Of a stretch of 39,908 nt of DNA, positions 18,331-26,896 are shown in pieces. A program made the position numbers and the translations under genes. Under the pieces are notes generated by a model. The model searched no databases. It saw nothing but the letters and a program-made list of their open reading frames with translations, and was not told where the DNA came from. Position 1 is the first letter of the stretch, and the number at the start of each line of letters is the position of its first letter. Source of the stretch: Verrucomicrobiales bacterium (lineage in GTDB: Bacteria > Verrucomicrobiota > Verrucomicrobiia > Verrucomicrobiales > SLCJ01); assembly GCA_046075565.1 (NCBI GenBank), contig JBJTQJ010000106.1:1-39908 (forward strand). Reading direction: 5' to 3'.

Positions 18331-19434
18331 TCAGACAAACGAAAGAATGGACTCGTTCACCCGCTCGACTTGGTGAGTCGTAAGATGCGGGTTGATGGGG
18401 AGTCCTAGAATCTGCGCGGCGAGTTTTTCGGCTACGGGAAACGATCCGGCCACATAATTGAGATGACGGAAGGCCCCGCTCAGATGGGGTGGCACGGGGT
18501 AATGGATCATGGTCGGAATGCCAAGCCCGGTGAGGTGGGCGCGCAGGCGGTCGCGTTCCGGATGGCGGATAACAAACTGATGCCACCCATGAACACATTC
18601 TTCCGGAACCATGGGCAGGACCAGATTCGTGCAACCCTTGAGCGCGCGCAGGTAATGGGTAGCGACCCCTTCGCGGCGGGTTTGCCAGTCGGCGAGATGG
18701 CCGAGTTTGACCCGTAGGAACGCGCATTGCAGTTCATCCGGACGCGCGTTGAATCCGGCGACTTCATGGTGGTTGCGCTCGCGTGAGCCATAGTGACGGA
18801 GCACCTTCAACTGATCCGCGATGGCCGCATCGCTGGTGGTCACGGCACCGCCTTCGCCAAAGGCGCCGAGGTTCTTGCTTGGGTAAAAGCTGTGGCATTC
18901 AACCGGAGCAATGCCACCGGTGGGACGGTTTTTCCAACAACCCCCGTGTCCTTGCGCGTTATCGGTCAGAAAAAACAAACCGTTGTCGGTGGCGAACTTG
19001 CCGATCCTCCCGTAATCGCAGGGCAGGCCATAGAGATTGACAGCGAGCACGGCACGCGTGCGCTTGGTGACGGCCAATGAGAGAAGCTGCGGATCAAGAT
19101 TGAAGGTTTGCGGATCGGGCTCCACGGGCACGGGTGTTGCGCCGACATGGTGAACGGCTAGCCAAGTCGCGATATAAGTATTTGATGGCACGATCACCTC
19201 GTCACCGGGACCGACACCCAAGGCGCGCAGCGCGAGGTGGAGAGCGTCAAGACCGTTGGAAAGGCCGACACAATGGGCGGCCTGGCAGGATTCCGCGTAT
19301 TCCTTTTCGAAAGCATGGGTTTCCGCACCCGCTACTAGATAACCCGATTCCATGAAGCGGTGGTAGGCCGCGTCGAGTTCCTCTTTCAACTCGCGGTAGG
19401 GCGCGCGGAAGTCCTGGAATGGGAATTCATCCAT
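18331..19434 (-). CDS. DegT/DnrJ/EryC1/StrS PLP sugar aminotransferase (FdtB-like)
   Basis: SNGLDALHLALRA, VPSNTYIAT, DNAQGHG, SFYPSKNLGAFGEGG (PLP Lys), DELQ.AFL; start at ATG 19434. Confidence 0.92.
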   Translation of the reverse strand: MDEFPFQDFRAPYRELKEELDAAYHRFMESGYLVAGAETHAFEKEYAESCQAAHCVGLSNGLDALHLALRALGVGPGDEVIVPSNTYIATWLAVHHVGATPVPVEPDPQTFNLDPQLLSLAVTKRTRAVLAVNLYGLPCDYGRIGKFATDNGLFFLTDNAQGHGGCWKNRPTGGIAPVECHSFYPSKNLGAFGEGGAVTTSDAAIADQLKVLRHYGSRERNHHEVAGFNARPDELQCAFLRVKLGHLADWQTRREGVATHYLRALKGCTNLVLPMVPEECVHGWHQFVIRHPERDRLRAHLTGLGIPTMIHYPVPPHLSGAFRHLNYVAGSFPVAEKLAAQILGLPINPHLTTHQVERVNESILSFV

Positions 19435-19843
19435 TCGATTGAATGGCTGCGAGAAAGGCGTTCTTGTTGCGGATGTAGCAACTCTCATCATAGGCCCGAG
19501 AGGCCAGCACGAGGCAGACGGCGTCCTTCGAGAATCCGCTCAATTCGCGCCAGATCATCGGCGGTATCAATATACCCCGGCGGGCATCGGAAAGGTGGAA
19601 TGTGGCGGATTCTCTTCCGTCCCAGACTTCACAGGTGCAGGATCCCGCCACCATGACCAGCAGTTGCTGGCAATCTCGCACGGCATGGCCAGCCCGTCTG
19701 GCCCCGGCGGGCAGGGAGTGGAGGTAAAAGACGCGCACCGGGGTGAAGGGAAAGCCGCTGACCGGATCAAGATACGTCAGCGCGCCCCTTTGATCGGAGA
19801 TGCCGGGCAGGTCGAGGAATTGGCAGTCGTTGATGGAAACCAT
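19427..19843 (-). CDS. FdtA/QdtA/WxcM-like cupin (sugar 3,4-ketoisomerase family)
   Basis: D.RG.L, RVFY, R.GHA, IPPMIWRE...FS.DAVCLVLAS..YDE..YIR; overlaps the aminotransferase start by 8 bp. Confidence 0.85.
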   Translation of the reverse strand: MVSINDCQFLDLPGISDQRGALTYLDPVSGFPFTPVRVFYLHSLPAGARRAGHAVRDCQQLLVMVAGSCTCEVWDGRESATFHLSDARRGILIPPMIWRELSGFSKDAVCLVLASRAYDESCYIRNKNAFLAAIQSNG

Positions 19844-19948
19844 GCGGACGAGCTGGGGTGCCACCTGCCGATCCCACTGTCAATCGCCATCTGTGCCGTG
19901 AATGAACGATTGTCGTAAAGGAAAAAGCGGGTAAGCTCGTGCCAAGTC

Positions 19949-20134
19949 ATGCGCGTGTTGATCACCAATCATCGGCCGGATTTGCGGGGCCGAACTGAAA
20001 CCTTCGTCCGGGACTTGGCCATCGCAGCGGAGGCACCGAGGGCGACGGATTTCTCCGTTCCCAAGACCGTCGCCCTCGGTGATCTGAAAGTTCAACTCCA
20101 CCGCTTTCTCCAGGGGATGGAGAAGGCGCCCTGA
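19949..20134 (+). pseudogene. probable remnant of a GT4-like glycosyltransferase (N-terminal fragment)
   Basis: MRVLITNH...GRTETFVRDLA resembles the first strand/helix of GT-B enzymes, but the ORF is only 61 aa. Confidence 0.45.
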
Positions 20135-20138
20135 GATC

Positions 20139-21542
20139 ATGGCATCTTCATCTGTCGTGCCCATTGCCCTCGGGCCTCATCTCGCCGGTGAGTTCGAGAG
20201 CTTGCTTGTCGCGGTTGATGCCGCATGGAAAAAGGCGGCGACGGATCCGTTGCTCGGCCACCGCGGCGTCGGTGTGCCGCAGGCCGATGCGTTGCTCGCG
20301 GAGTTCTCGGTCAAACTCCGAGATCTCCTTCCGAAGAGGAGCGTGGCCAATGATGGGCCGAATCTCTACATCGCCACGCAAATCTACAAGGATGGCGGAC
20401 ATACCGGGTTGCTCGGCGACATGGCCCGAGCCATCGAAGGACCGGCGCGTTTGCTCATCACGAACAAACACGGCCATCACCCGAAGAAACCCGGTCCAGC
20501 CCATCTGGAGCGAATCGGTCGGCTGGCCGAGGGAATCATCGTGCTGCGATCCGAAAAAGAGTTGGAGAGGTTCGAAGAATTGCTCGGATGGTTGCGGGAA
20601 ATGCGGCCCCGCCGGGTGATTCTTTTCCATCATCCGGACGATCCCTTGCCGGTGATCGCCGCTGCGGCAAGCGGTGCCGATCAAGTGGCGATTGTTCATC
20701 ATGCAGACGCGATCCCCTCCCTCGGCCTCCACTTGCCGGGGGTTATTTTGATCGATTTGAATCCGACCGCCGCTGCCTTCAGCCGCGCGTGGGGTTTGTC
20801 GCCGGCATTGCTGCCAATGACCGTGCCCGATCCGGGGCCGCGCCCGCGGGGATTCCTCGTCCGCGGGCAACCCGTGACCGCAACCTGCGCCCGTTCGCAC
20901 AAGTTGCGTTCGGAGCATCCAGTTTGTTATACCAATGCGGTTCCGGAAATCCTCGCCAGCACCGGAGGTTGGCATGTGCACATCGGCGCGCTGGAGGATG
21001 AGATGCTCGCCACCATCCTCCGGGGCATGGATGAACGGGGCATCGCGCGGGATCGACTCATCTACCATGAACTCGTACCCTCTCTGGCCCGGGCGCTCCA
21101 TGAGAATGATGTCGATGTCTATCTCTCATCTTTTCCCATCGACGGAGCCCGCACCAATGTTGAGGTGGCCTCCGCAGGCGTGCCCTACCTCGCTTTTGTG
21201 CGGGAGAAGAAGAAGGGACCACCGGGCGGCTTTTCCATGGAGGGTCGGATGGAATGGACAAACTGGGAAGATTTGCGGCAATGCCTAGGAGAAATCACGA
21301 AGCCGGGTTTCCTGGAAATGAAATCAGCCCTCTTGCGTGATTCCTATCTGCACCGCCACCATCCCGATGTCTTCGCCGGGCATCTGGCGGAGATTTTTGC
21401 CGGAGGCAAGGGCTGGAATGATCCCGATGCGTGTGTGCACGATCAGAAGGCACTGGCCAAGTTGCGGGGCGAGGCGCCCGGCGAATCAATCCCTGGAGTC
21501 AGGGGTGTCAGCCAAGGGCCTTGCGCAGCGAACGATGCATGA
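20139..21542 (+). CDS. hypothetical protein, probable GT-B fold glycosyltransferase-like
   Basis: 467 aa; IATQIY..GGHT, HVHIG, DVYLSSFPIDGART.VE...AGVP resemble GT-B motifs; 3' end overlaps the hemL 3' end by 35 bp. Confidence 0.6.
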   Translation: MASSSVVPIALGPHLAGEFESLLVAVDAAWKKAATDPLLGHRGVGVPQADALLAEFSVKLRDLLPKRSVANDGPNLYIATQIYKDGGHTGLLGDMARAIEGPARLLITNKHGHHPKKPGPAHLERIGRLAEGIIVLRSEKELERFEELLGWLREMRPRRVILFHHPDDPLPVIAAAASGADQVAIVHHADAIPSLGLHLPGVILIDLNPTAAAFSRAWGLSPALLPMTVPDPGPRPRGFLVRGQPVTATCARSHKLRSEHPVCYTNAVPEILASTGGWHVHIGALEDEMLATILRGMDERGIARDRLIYHELVPSLARALHENDVDVYLSSFPIDGARTNVEVASAGVPYLAFVREKKKGPPGGFSMEGRMEWTNWEDLRQCLGEITKPGFLEMKSALLRDSYLHRHHPDVFAGHLAEIFAGGKGWNDPDACVHDQKALAKLRGEAPGESIPGVRGVSQGPCAANDA

Positions 21543-22791
21543 CTTCGACCGTGAAATCGATGGCGGCTTCGTCGTGGGCGGTGCAGAGGAAACCGGTTTC
21601 GTAGGGCGAGGGCGCCAGATAGACACCATCCTGCAGGCAGGCGTGGAAGAAACGCGAGAACAGATCTTTGTCGCCCTTCATGGCGGTTGGCAAATCCACC
21701 ACCGGTTCTTCGGTTAGGAAAAGGCAGAACATCGAACCGAGACGGTGGAAAACATAATTCTTCCCGAGGGCGTTCAGCATGGCGCGCACACCCGTTTCGA
21801 GGTGTTGGCCGAGTTTTTCCAAACGATTGAACGCATCGAGCCGTTCCAGTTCACGCAGTTGGGTGAGGCCTGCGACCATGGCGAGCGGGTTTCCGGAAAG
21901 TGTGCCGGCTTGGTAAACCGGACCGAGGGGCGCGAGATGGTCCATGATCTCGGCGCGCCCGCCAAAGGCACCGACCGGCAATCCGCCGCCGATAACTTTC
22001 CCGAAGCAGGAAAGATCGGGCACGATACCAGTGAGTTCCTGCACCCCTCCTTTGGCGACGCGGAATCCGGTCATCACCTCGTCGAAAATGAGCAAGGCCC
22101 CGTGCGCGAGGGTAAGTTTTCTCAGGTGTTCGAGGAATCCCGGTTTCGGAGGAATGAGACCGGCATTGGCCGGGACAGGTTCGACGATTACGGCGGCGAT
22201 TTCCTCCCCGCGCTCGCGGAAAAGGGATTCGGCCGCCTCGAAATCATTGAAGGGCAACACGCTGGTGAGGGCGGCGAGGGCCTCCGGCACCCCGGCGCTG
22301 TCCGGGCGCCCGTGGGTAAGTGCACCCGAACCGGCGGCCACGAGCAAAGAATCGCCGTGGCCATGGTAACAGCCCTCGAATTTCACCACACGTGACCGAT
22401 TCGTGAACCCGCGGGCCAGCCGCAAGGCCGACATGGTCGCTTCCGTGCCGGAGTTGGTCATCCGCACTTTCTGCACCGATGGAACCCAGCGGCAGACCGT
22501 TTCCGCCATCTCCACTTCGAAAGGATTCGGGATGCCGAAAGACAGGCCATTTCCCGCCACCGCGCGCACCGCATCGATAACCGTTTCCGGCGCGTGGCCG
22601 AGGATGGCCGGTCCCCAGGTGCCGACATAGTCCACCAGTTCCCGTCCGTCCACGTCGCGGATGCGGCAACCTTTGGCACTTTCGACGTAAAATGGTTCGC
22701 CCCCGACATTTCGGAAGGCGCGGACAGGCGAATTGACCCCCCCGGGGATGACCCGGCAGGCGGCGGCGTGGAGTTGATTCGAGCGATTCAT
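21508..22791 (-). CDS. hemL: glutamate-1-semialdehyde 2,1-aminomutase
   Basis: IPGGVNSPVRAF, NSGTEATM, FEGCYHGH, DEVMTGFR, GKVIGGGLP, YQAGTLSGNP; start at ATG 22791. Confidence 0.96.
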   Translation of the reverse strand: MNRSNQLHAAACRVIPGGVNSPVRAFRNVGGEPFYVESAKGCRIRDVDGRELVDYVGTWGPAILGHAPETVIDAVRAVAGNGLSFGIPNPFEVEMAETVCRWVPSVQKVRMTNSGTEATMSALRLARGFTNRSRVVKFEGCYHGHGDSLLVAAGSGALTHGRPDSAGVPEALAALTSVLPFNDFEAAESLFRERGEEIAAVIVEPVPANAGLIPPKPGFLEHLRKLTLAHGALLIFDEVMTGFRVAKGGVQELTGIVPDLSCFGKVIGGGLPVGAFGGRAEIMDHLAPLGPVYQAGTLSGNPLAMVAGLTQLRELERLDAFNRLEKLGQHLETGVRAMLNALGKNYVFHRLGSMFCLFLTEEPVVDLPTAMKGDKDLFSRFFHACLQDGVYLAPSPYETGFLCTAHDEAAIDFTVEVMHRSLRKALG

Positions 22792-22881
22792 GGAAAATGG
22801 GTGAATATTTCGGACAAATCGGACGTCAGACCTCATTGGAGGCTTCCCATCCGCTTTGGGATCCGTTATACTCGCACCGCC

Positions 22882-23595
22882 ATGAGAATTTTCCCCCTCT
22901 TTCTCGTTCTGGTTTCCGTTCTCCCTTCCCACGCCGCGCCCCCGGGTTACAAGGGCCCGAAGGAGCGCGGGGCCGTTTACATCAAGGATGTGCTGGAGGA
23001 GGACGAAAAGGTGAAACTCAAGGTGCTGCGGGCCACTCCGGTTTATTCGACCAAAGATGCCACGGGTGTGCTCGGCACGCTTGATGGCAATCAGGAAGCC
23101 GACCTCGAGGGGATCAGCAATTTTTCCCTGCGGGTACGCGGCAAAGGCACGAATGGACACATCGTCGGATGGGTAAACCCGCGCGACCTTGAAGCTGCCG
23201 ATCCCGAACTTTTGCCCACGCTCAAGAAAATGGCCGAGCGGCGCGAACAAGTGCTCAAATTGATCGAGGCCAAGCAGGTTGCGCTTGGCATGACCGCCTC
23301 CGAAGTCGCCGAATCCTGGGGCCAACCCACCAGGCAGGAATCCCGCCTCACCGCTGAAGGACGGCTGGAGCTTCTGGAATACATCGAATACGAACTGGTT
23401 CCTCGCTACGAGTATGTGCGTGACCCGGCGACCGGGGCCACCTACCGCCGTTTCACCTACAACGAAAAAATCGAGAAGGGCAAGAATACCGTCGAATTGA
23501 AGGACGGAGTTGTTTCCGCCATTTCCGAAAAGAAAGACAACTCCCGCCGCCGCGAACTCCTCACCGTTCCCGCGCCACTGGTGTGGTCGTGGTGA
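22882..23595 (+). CDS. hypothetical secreted protein (SH3-like region plus SmpA/BamE-like motif)
   Basis: signal peptide (SHA-A), GWV motif, LGMTASEVAESWGQP; TTCCCA-N17-TATACT just upstream. Confidence 0.7.
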   Translation: MRIFPLFLVLVSVLPSHAAPPGYKGPKERGAVYIKDVLEEDEKVKLKVLRATPVYSTKDATGVLGTLDGNQEADLEGISNFSLRVRGKGTNGHIVGWVNPRDLEAADPELLPTLKKMAERREQVLKLIEAKQVALGMTASEVAESWGQPTRQESRLTAEGRLELLEYIEYELVPRYEYVRDPATGATYRRFTYNEKIEKGKNTVELKDGVVSAISEKKDNSRRRELLTVPAPLVWSW

Positions 23596-23604
23596 ACTCC
23601 GGGC

Positions 23605-23994
23605 TCACGACCTTGGCTGGACCGACCGCTCAAGCCAGGCGGCGTAGGCGGCGGCATCCAATTCCCCTGCAGCTAGCGCGAGCGTGAAGACAACCGCTTC
23701 CTCCTCGGGGGCGGTCAGTTGAAGGCCATTGGCGGCGAGAAACGTGTAGGCGGCCATGAATCCGGCCCGCTTATTGCCGTCAATAAAGGGATGGTTTTTC
23801 ACGATCCCTGCCGCATACGACGCTGCCATTTCCGTTGGCCCGGGATTCTCGTAGTGAAAAAGCTGCTGCGGTCGCGCCAGGGCGGTATCGAGTAAACCTT
23901 CATCGCGAATGCCAGCGAGCCCTCCGAAACGGGCGATGAGCGAAGCTTGGATGGCCAATAGGATCTCGCGAGTGATCCAGACGGGTTCCTTCAT
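23605..23994 (-). CDS. doc: type II TA toxin, Doc (death-on-curing) Fic-family
   Basis: GG..GIRD.GLL.TAL.RP and HPFIDGNKR Doc motif. Confidence 0.92.
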   Translation of the reverse strand: MKEPVWITREILLAIQASLIARFGGLAGIRDEGLLDTALARPQQLFHYENPGPTEMAASYAAGIVKNHPFIDGNKRAGFMAAYTFLAANGLQLTAPEEEAVVFTLALAAGELDAAAYAAWLERSVQPRS

Positions 23995-24221
23995 TTGGCC
24001 AACTCCCGGAGCGCGTTGCGGTAACGGTTCATACCGTCCTCTGCCAGAGCCATGATGTCCTTGAACCCGGGCTTTTCCACGGTAATCGACAGCGAATCAT
24101 TCGGCGCTTCCGTGAGATAAAGCGTGGCCCCTTCCTCCACGCGCAAACGCTGAAGGGCTTCCTTGGGTAGGACGATGCCGAGCGAATTCCCGATGCGGCG
24201 GACTTTGGTTTCAATAGCCAT
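23991..24221 (-). CDS. AbrB/MazE-family antitoxin
   Basis: KVRRIGNSLGIVLPKE, C-terminal MNRYRNALRELAK; 4-bp overlap with doc. Confidence 0.9.
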   Translation of the reverse strand: MAIETKVRRIGNSLGIVLPKEALQRLRVEEGATLYLTEAPNDSLSITVEKPGFKDIMALAEDGMNRYRNALRELAK

Positions 24222-24224
24222 GGT

Positions 24225-24255
24225 ATAACATCCGTTATCACGGGTAAAATGTCAA
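24225..24255 (-). promoter_or_regulatory. TA promoter with palindromic operator
   Basis: minus strand TTGACA-N17-GATGTT-N5-ATG; ATAAC-atcc-GTTAT palindrome at 24225-24238 over the -10 box. Confidence 0.55.
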
Positions 24256-24320
24256 GCGCCTCTCCATGCCAACCGCGTGACCGCCCCTCGCCGAGTCCCG
24301 GGTCTGGCAGCATGACTCTT

Positions 24321-24974
24321 GGAGCCACGACAATCCTGTCGTGGCAGCGAATGCCTCGCGAATGACGCCGCGACTCTTCCGGCATGGCGCACCATTCGAG
24401 CGAGTTACGGACACGACCCTGCGGGATCGCGTCCCTCCGGTTGGCGGTCGGGATGCACCGATGACGCCAACAAAGGGCAAAATCGTCGGCGTCGGGTAAT
24501 CCCTGCTCGTGTAGCGGCACGGCTTACCGTGCCGGGCGGGGAATCCTCCACGCCTTCGCGCACATCTTGGCCTTCCGATCACACGGACCGCTGAGGACAG
24601 CGATCCCTGCCTCTGGAATGGTTGGTCACATTTCGTGGCCGTAGTCAGACCGTTGACGCCTTCGAAGCCTCGTTGAGTGAAGTAGGCCCGGTCTGCCCCG
24701 TGTGGGCCGCCATCGCCCATCCCCGCGACCTGCCAAACGACAAAGGCAGGGACGTTTGTCCTCAAACGTCCGCGGGAGAGGATCCTCCAGGTCCTTCTGC
24801 CCGACAGGCAGGGATGCCCGTCGTACGACCGAGCTTCCAGCCGGTCAGGGGATGGAGTTGCCACCCCATTCGATCTGCGGCGTATTTCGGAGCCACGACA
24901 ATCCTGTCGTGGCGCGAATGCGCGGCGCAGGAGCTTACCATGGTCGGCAACCACAGGATTGTGGTTGCTCCGAA
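24321..24974. repeat. mosaic cluster of about 10 REP-like hairpins from several families
   Basis: identical ggagccacgacaatcctgtcgtggc at 24321 and 24889, inverted variant at 24947-24971, plus hairpins at 24409, 24511, 24584, 24682, 24745, 24802 and 24822. Confidence 0.75.
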
Positions 24975-25000
24975 CATGCCCGTGGCGAATTTTGTTTCGA

Positions 25001-26053
25001 TCACATCCTGCCCTTGCGCACGGCACGGTCGAGGCGTTCGAAGACCTCCACCGTGGTGTCCCAGCCGATGCAGCCGTCGGTAACACTTTTGCCATAGACG
25101 AGGTTGGCGGGGTCGGTCAAAGCCTGGCTGCCGGCCTCGATATTGCTCTCAATCATCAGGCTGGTCACCACACGATCCCCGGCTTCAATGGCGGTGGCGA
25201 TTTCATCGGCGATGGCGGGTTGGCGGGCCGGATCCTTGCGGCTATTGCCATGGGAACAATCGACCATCACATGCGCGGGCAAACCGGAAGCGGTCAGCTT
25301 TTGCGCACAGGCGGCCACACTCGCGGCATCGTGGTTCGGTCCGGAAGAGGAACCGCGCAAGATGACATGGCAGGCCGGGTTGCCCATCGTCGAGACGATG
25401 GCTGATACTCCATCCTTGGTCACGGATAGAAAATGGTGGGGATAGGCGGCGGCATGGATGGCATCGATGGCGATCTGCACACTACCGGTCGTGCCATTCT
25501 TGAAGCCCACCGGCATGGAGAGACCGGAGGCGAGTTGACGGTGAACCTGGCTCTCCGTGGTGCGCGCGCCGATGGCTCCCCAAGAGACGAGATCCGCGAT
25601 GTATTGTGGCGTGATGGTGTCGAGAAACTCGGTCCCGGCCGGCACGCCGAGATCCGCGCAATCAAGAAGGAGCTTTCTCGCTACCCGCAGGCCGCGGTTG
25701 ATATCAAAGCTGTCGTCCAGGCCCGGATCATTGATCAATCCCTTCCAACCGATGGTCGTGCGCGGCTTTTCAAAATACACGCGCATCACCAGCATCAGGC
25801 TCTCCTGGAAACGCGCGGCCTGTTCCTTCAATCGCAACGCGTAATCGAGCGCGGCGGCGGGATCATGGATGGAACACGGCCCCACCACCACGAGCAGGCG
25901 CGGATCGCGCCCGAAGATGATATCCTCACACTGGCGGCGCGCGGCGGCCACGAGTTCGGAGGCGGTGTCATCGACCGGCAGCTCCTTCATGAGCAAACGC
26001 GGCGCGATGAGGGGATCAATATTGGCGATGCGGACGTCGTCGGTTTTTTTCAC
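25001..26053 (-). CDS. aroG: 3-deoxy-7-phosphoheptulonate (DAHP) synthase, class I-alpha
   Basis: GPCSIHD, RVYFEKPRTTIGWKGLINDP, IGARTTESQVHR, VDCSHGNS, SVTDGC; GTG start; isoenzyme identity (aroF/G/H) uncertain. Confidence 0.93.
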   Translation of the reverse strand: MKKTDDVRIANIDPLIAPRLLMKELPVDDTASELVAAARRQCEDIIFGRDPRLLVVVGPCSIHDPAAALDYALRLKEQAARFQESLMLVMRVYFEKPRTTIGWKGLINDPGLDDSFDINRGLRVARKLLLDCADLGVPAGTEFLDTITPQYIADLVSWGAIGARTTESQVHRQLASGLSMPVGFKNGTTGSVQIAIDAIHAAAYPHHFLSVTKDGVSAIVSTMGNPACHVILRGSSSGPNHDAASVAACAQKLTASGLPAHVMVDCSHGNSRKDPARQPAIADEIATAIEAGDRVVTSLMIESNIEAGSQALTDPANLVYGKSVTDGCIGWDTTVEVFERLDRAVRKGRM

Positions 26054-26080
26054 GGAAACAAGAGGAAGAATGGGGAAAGT

Positions 26081-26707
26081 TCAGAGGGATGGAAAAACGA
26101 GGGCGATCTGTTCGCCGGGGCCGTGCACGCCTTCGATGAGGATACCTTCCACATCCGCGGTTTTCGACGGACCGGTGCACCAGATGATATTCGGAGAGTT
26201 GCCCAGCTTTCCAACCGCCTCCGCGATGGTGGGGAAAATGTCCGCTTCCGTCAGAACGGCCACATGCACCCACGGCGCGAGCGCGGCCAAACGGTCGGAT
26301 GTCTTGTCGTCATCGATCACCAGGCTGCCGGATTCGGCGATGGCGGCCGTCCCGCGGGTGATGCCAAAGGCGAGTTGATCGTATTCGGCACGTTCGAAGT
26401 TCGTTACCACTTCCAGACCGGCCGCACGCAGGGCAGGCGCGACCACAGCCTCGAGAGCCGGGTCGCAATAACCCCGGAGATGATTCTGCTCTTTCAGAAA
26501 GTTCGCGAGTGCCCCCGCGTCGCGGAACATGCGCCCGTGAACCGCCTCCAGGTTACGCTGGAAAACCACCCACACTTCCCCTCCCGAAACGCGGGGGGCG
26601 GAGATGGTCTGAGCCGGATCGTATTCGGGATAAGGCGTCCGCTCCCGCAAGGGCGCGAGGGCCTGGCGAACATTCTCGAAAACGATGGAGCGTTGGTCGT
26701 CGGACAT
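26081..26707 (-). CDS. lutC: LutC/YkgG (LUD domain) protein
   Basis: GIT....AIAESGS, TGPSKTADVEGILIEGVHGP. Confidence 0.85.
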   Translation of the reverse strand: MSDDQRSIVFENVRQALAPLRERTPYPEYDPAQTISAPRVSGGEVWVVFQRNLEAVHGRMFRDAGALANFLKEQNHLRGYCDPALEAVVAPALRAAGLEVVTNFERAEYDQLAFGITRGTAAIAESGSLVIDDDKTSDRLAALAPWVHVAVLTEADIFPTIAEAVGKLGNSPNIIWCTGPSKTADVEGILIEGVHGPGEQIALVFPSL

Positions 26708-26896
26708 GGCGAAATGGGTGGAGCCGGGAATTTAACCCTCCATTCCGGCAATTCCAAATGGTTTCCCAAGAAACGGAATCCGCGATCTGGAAGGCCGGCT
26801 GAACCAAGGGCTGACGCTCAGGAATTGATGTGGTTCCCCCCAAGATTGCTCCATGGGTTGTAAGTTTCGGATGGGGGTATCCGTAGTTGATTTGTA

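Noticed and set aside
22792-23325. N-terminal extension of HemL (605-aa ORF)
   Set aside because: It overlaps the plus-strand secreted protein gene, and HemL homology starts at 22791
24321-24913. Two identical 25-bp palindromic repeats as a CRISPR array
   Set aside because: Only two direct copies 568 bp apart, a third is inverted, there are no regular spacers and no cas genes; REP fits better
24238-25095. 285-aa and overlapping ORFs across the repeat mosaic
   Set aside because: Arg/Pro/Gly-rich with no motifs, no HUH/Tyr transposase signature, and they run through many hairpins; likely spurious
25433-26863. 476-aa plus-strand ORF, and similar long ORFs at 2691-3959, 34820-35932 and 20148-21101
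   Set aside because: Antisense shadows of well-supported genes, common in GC-rich DNA
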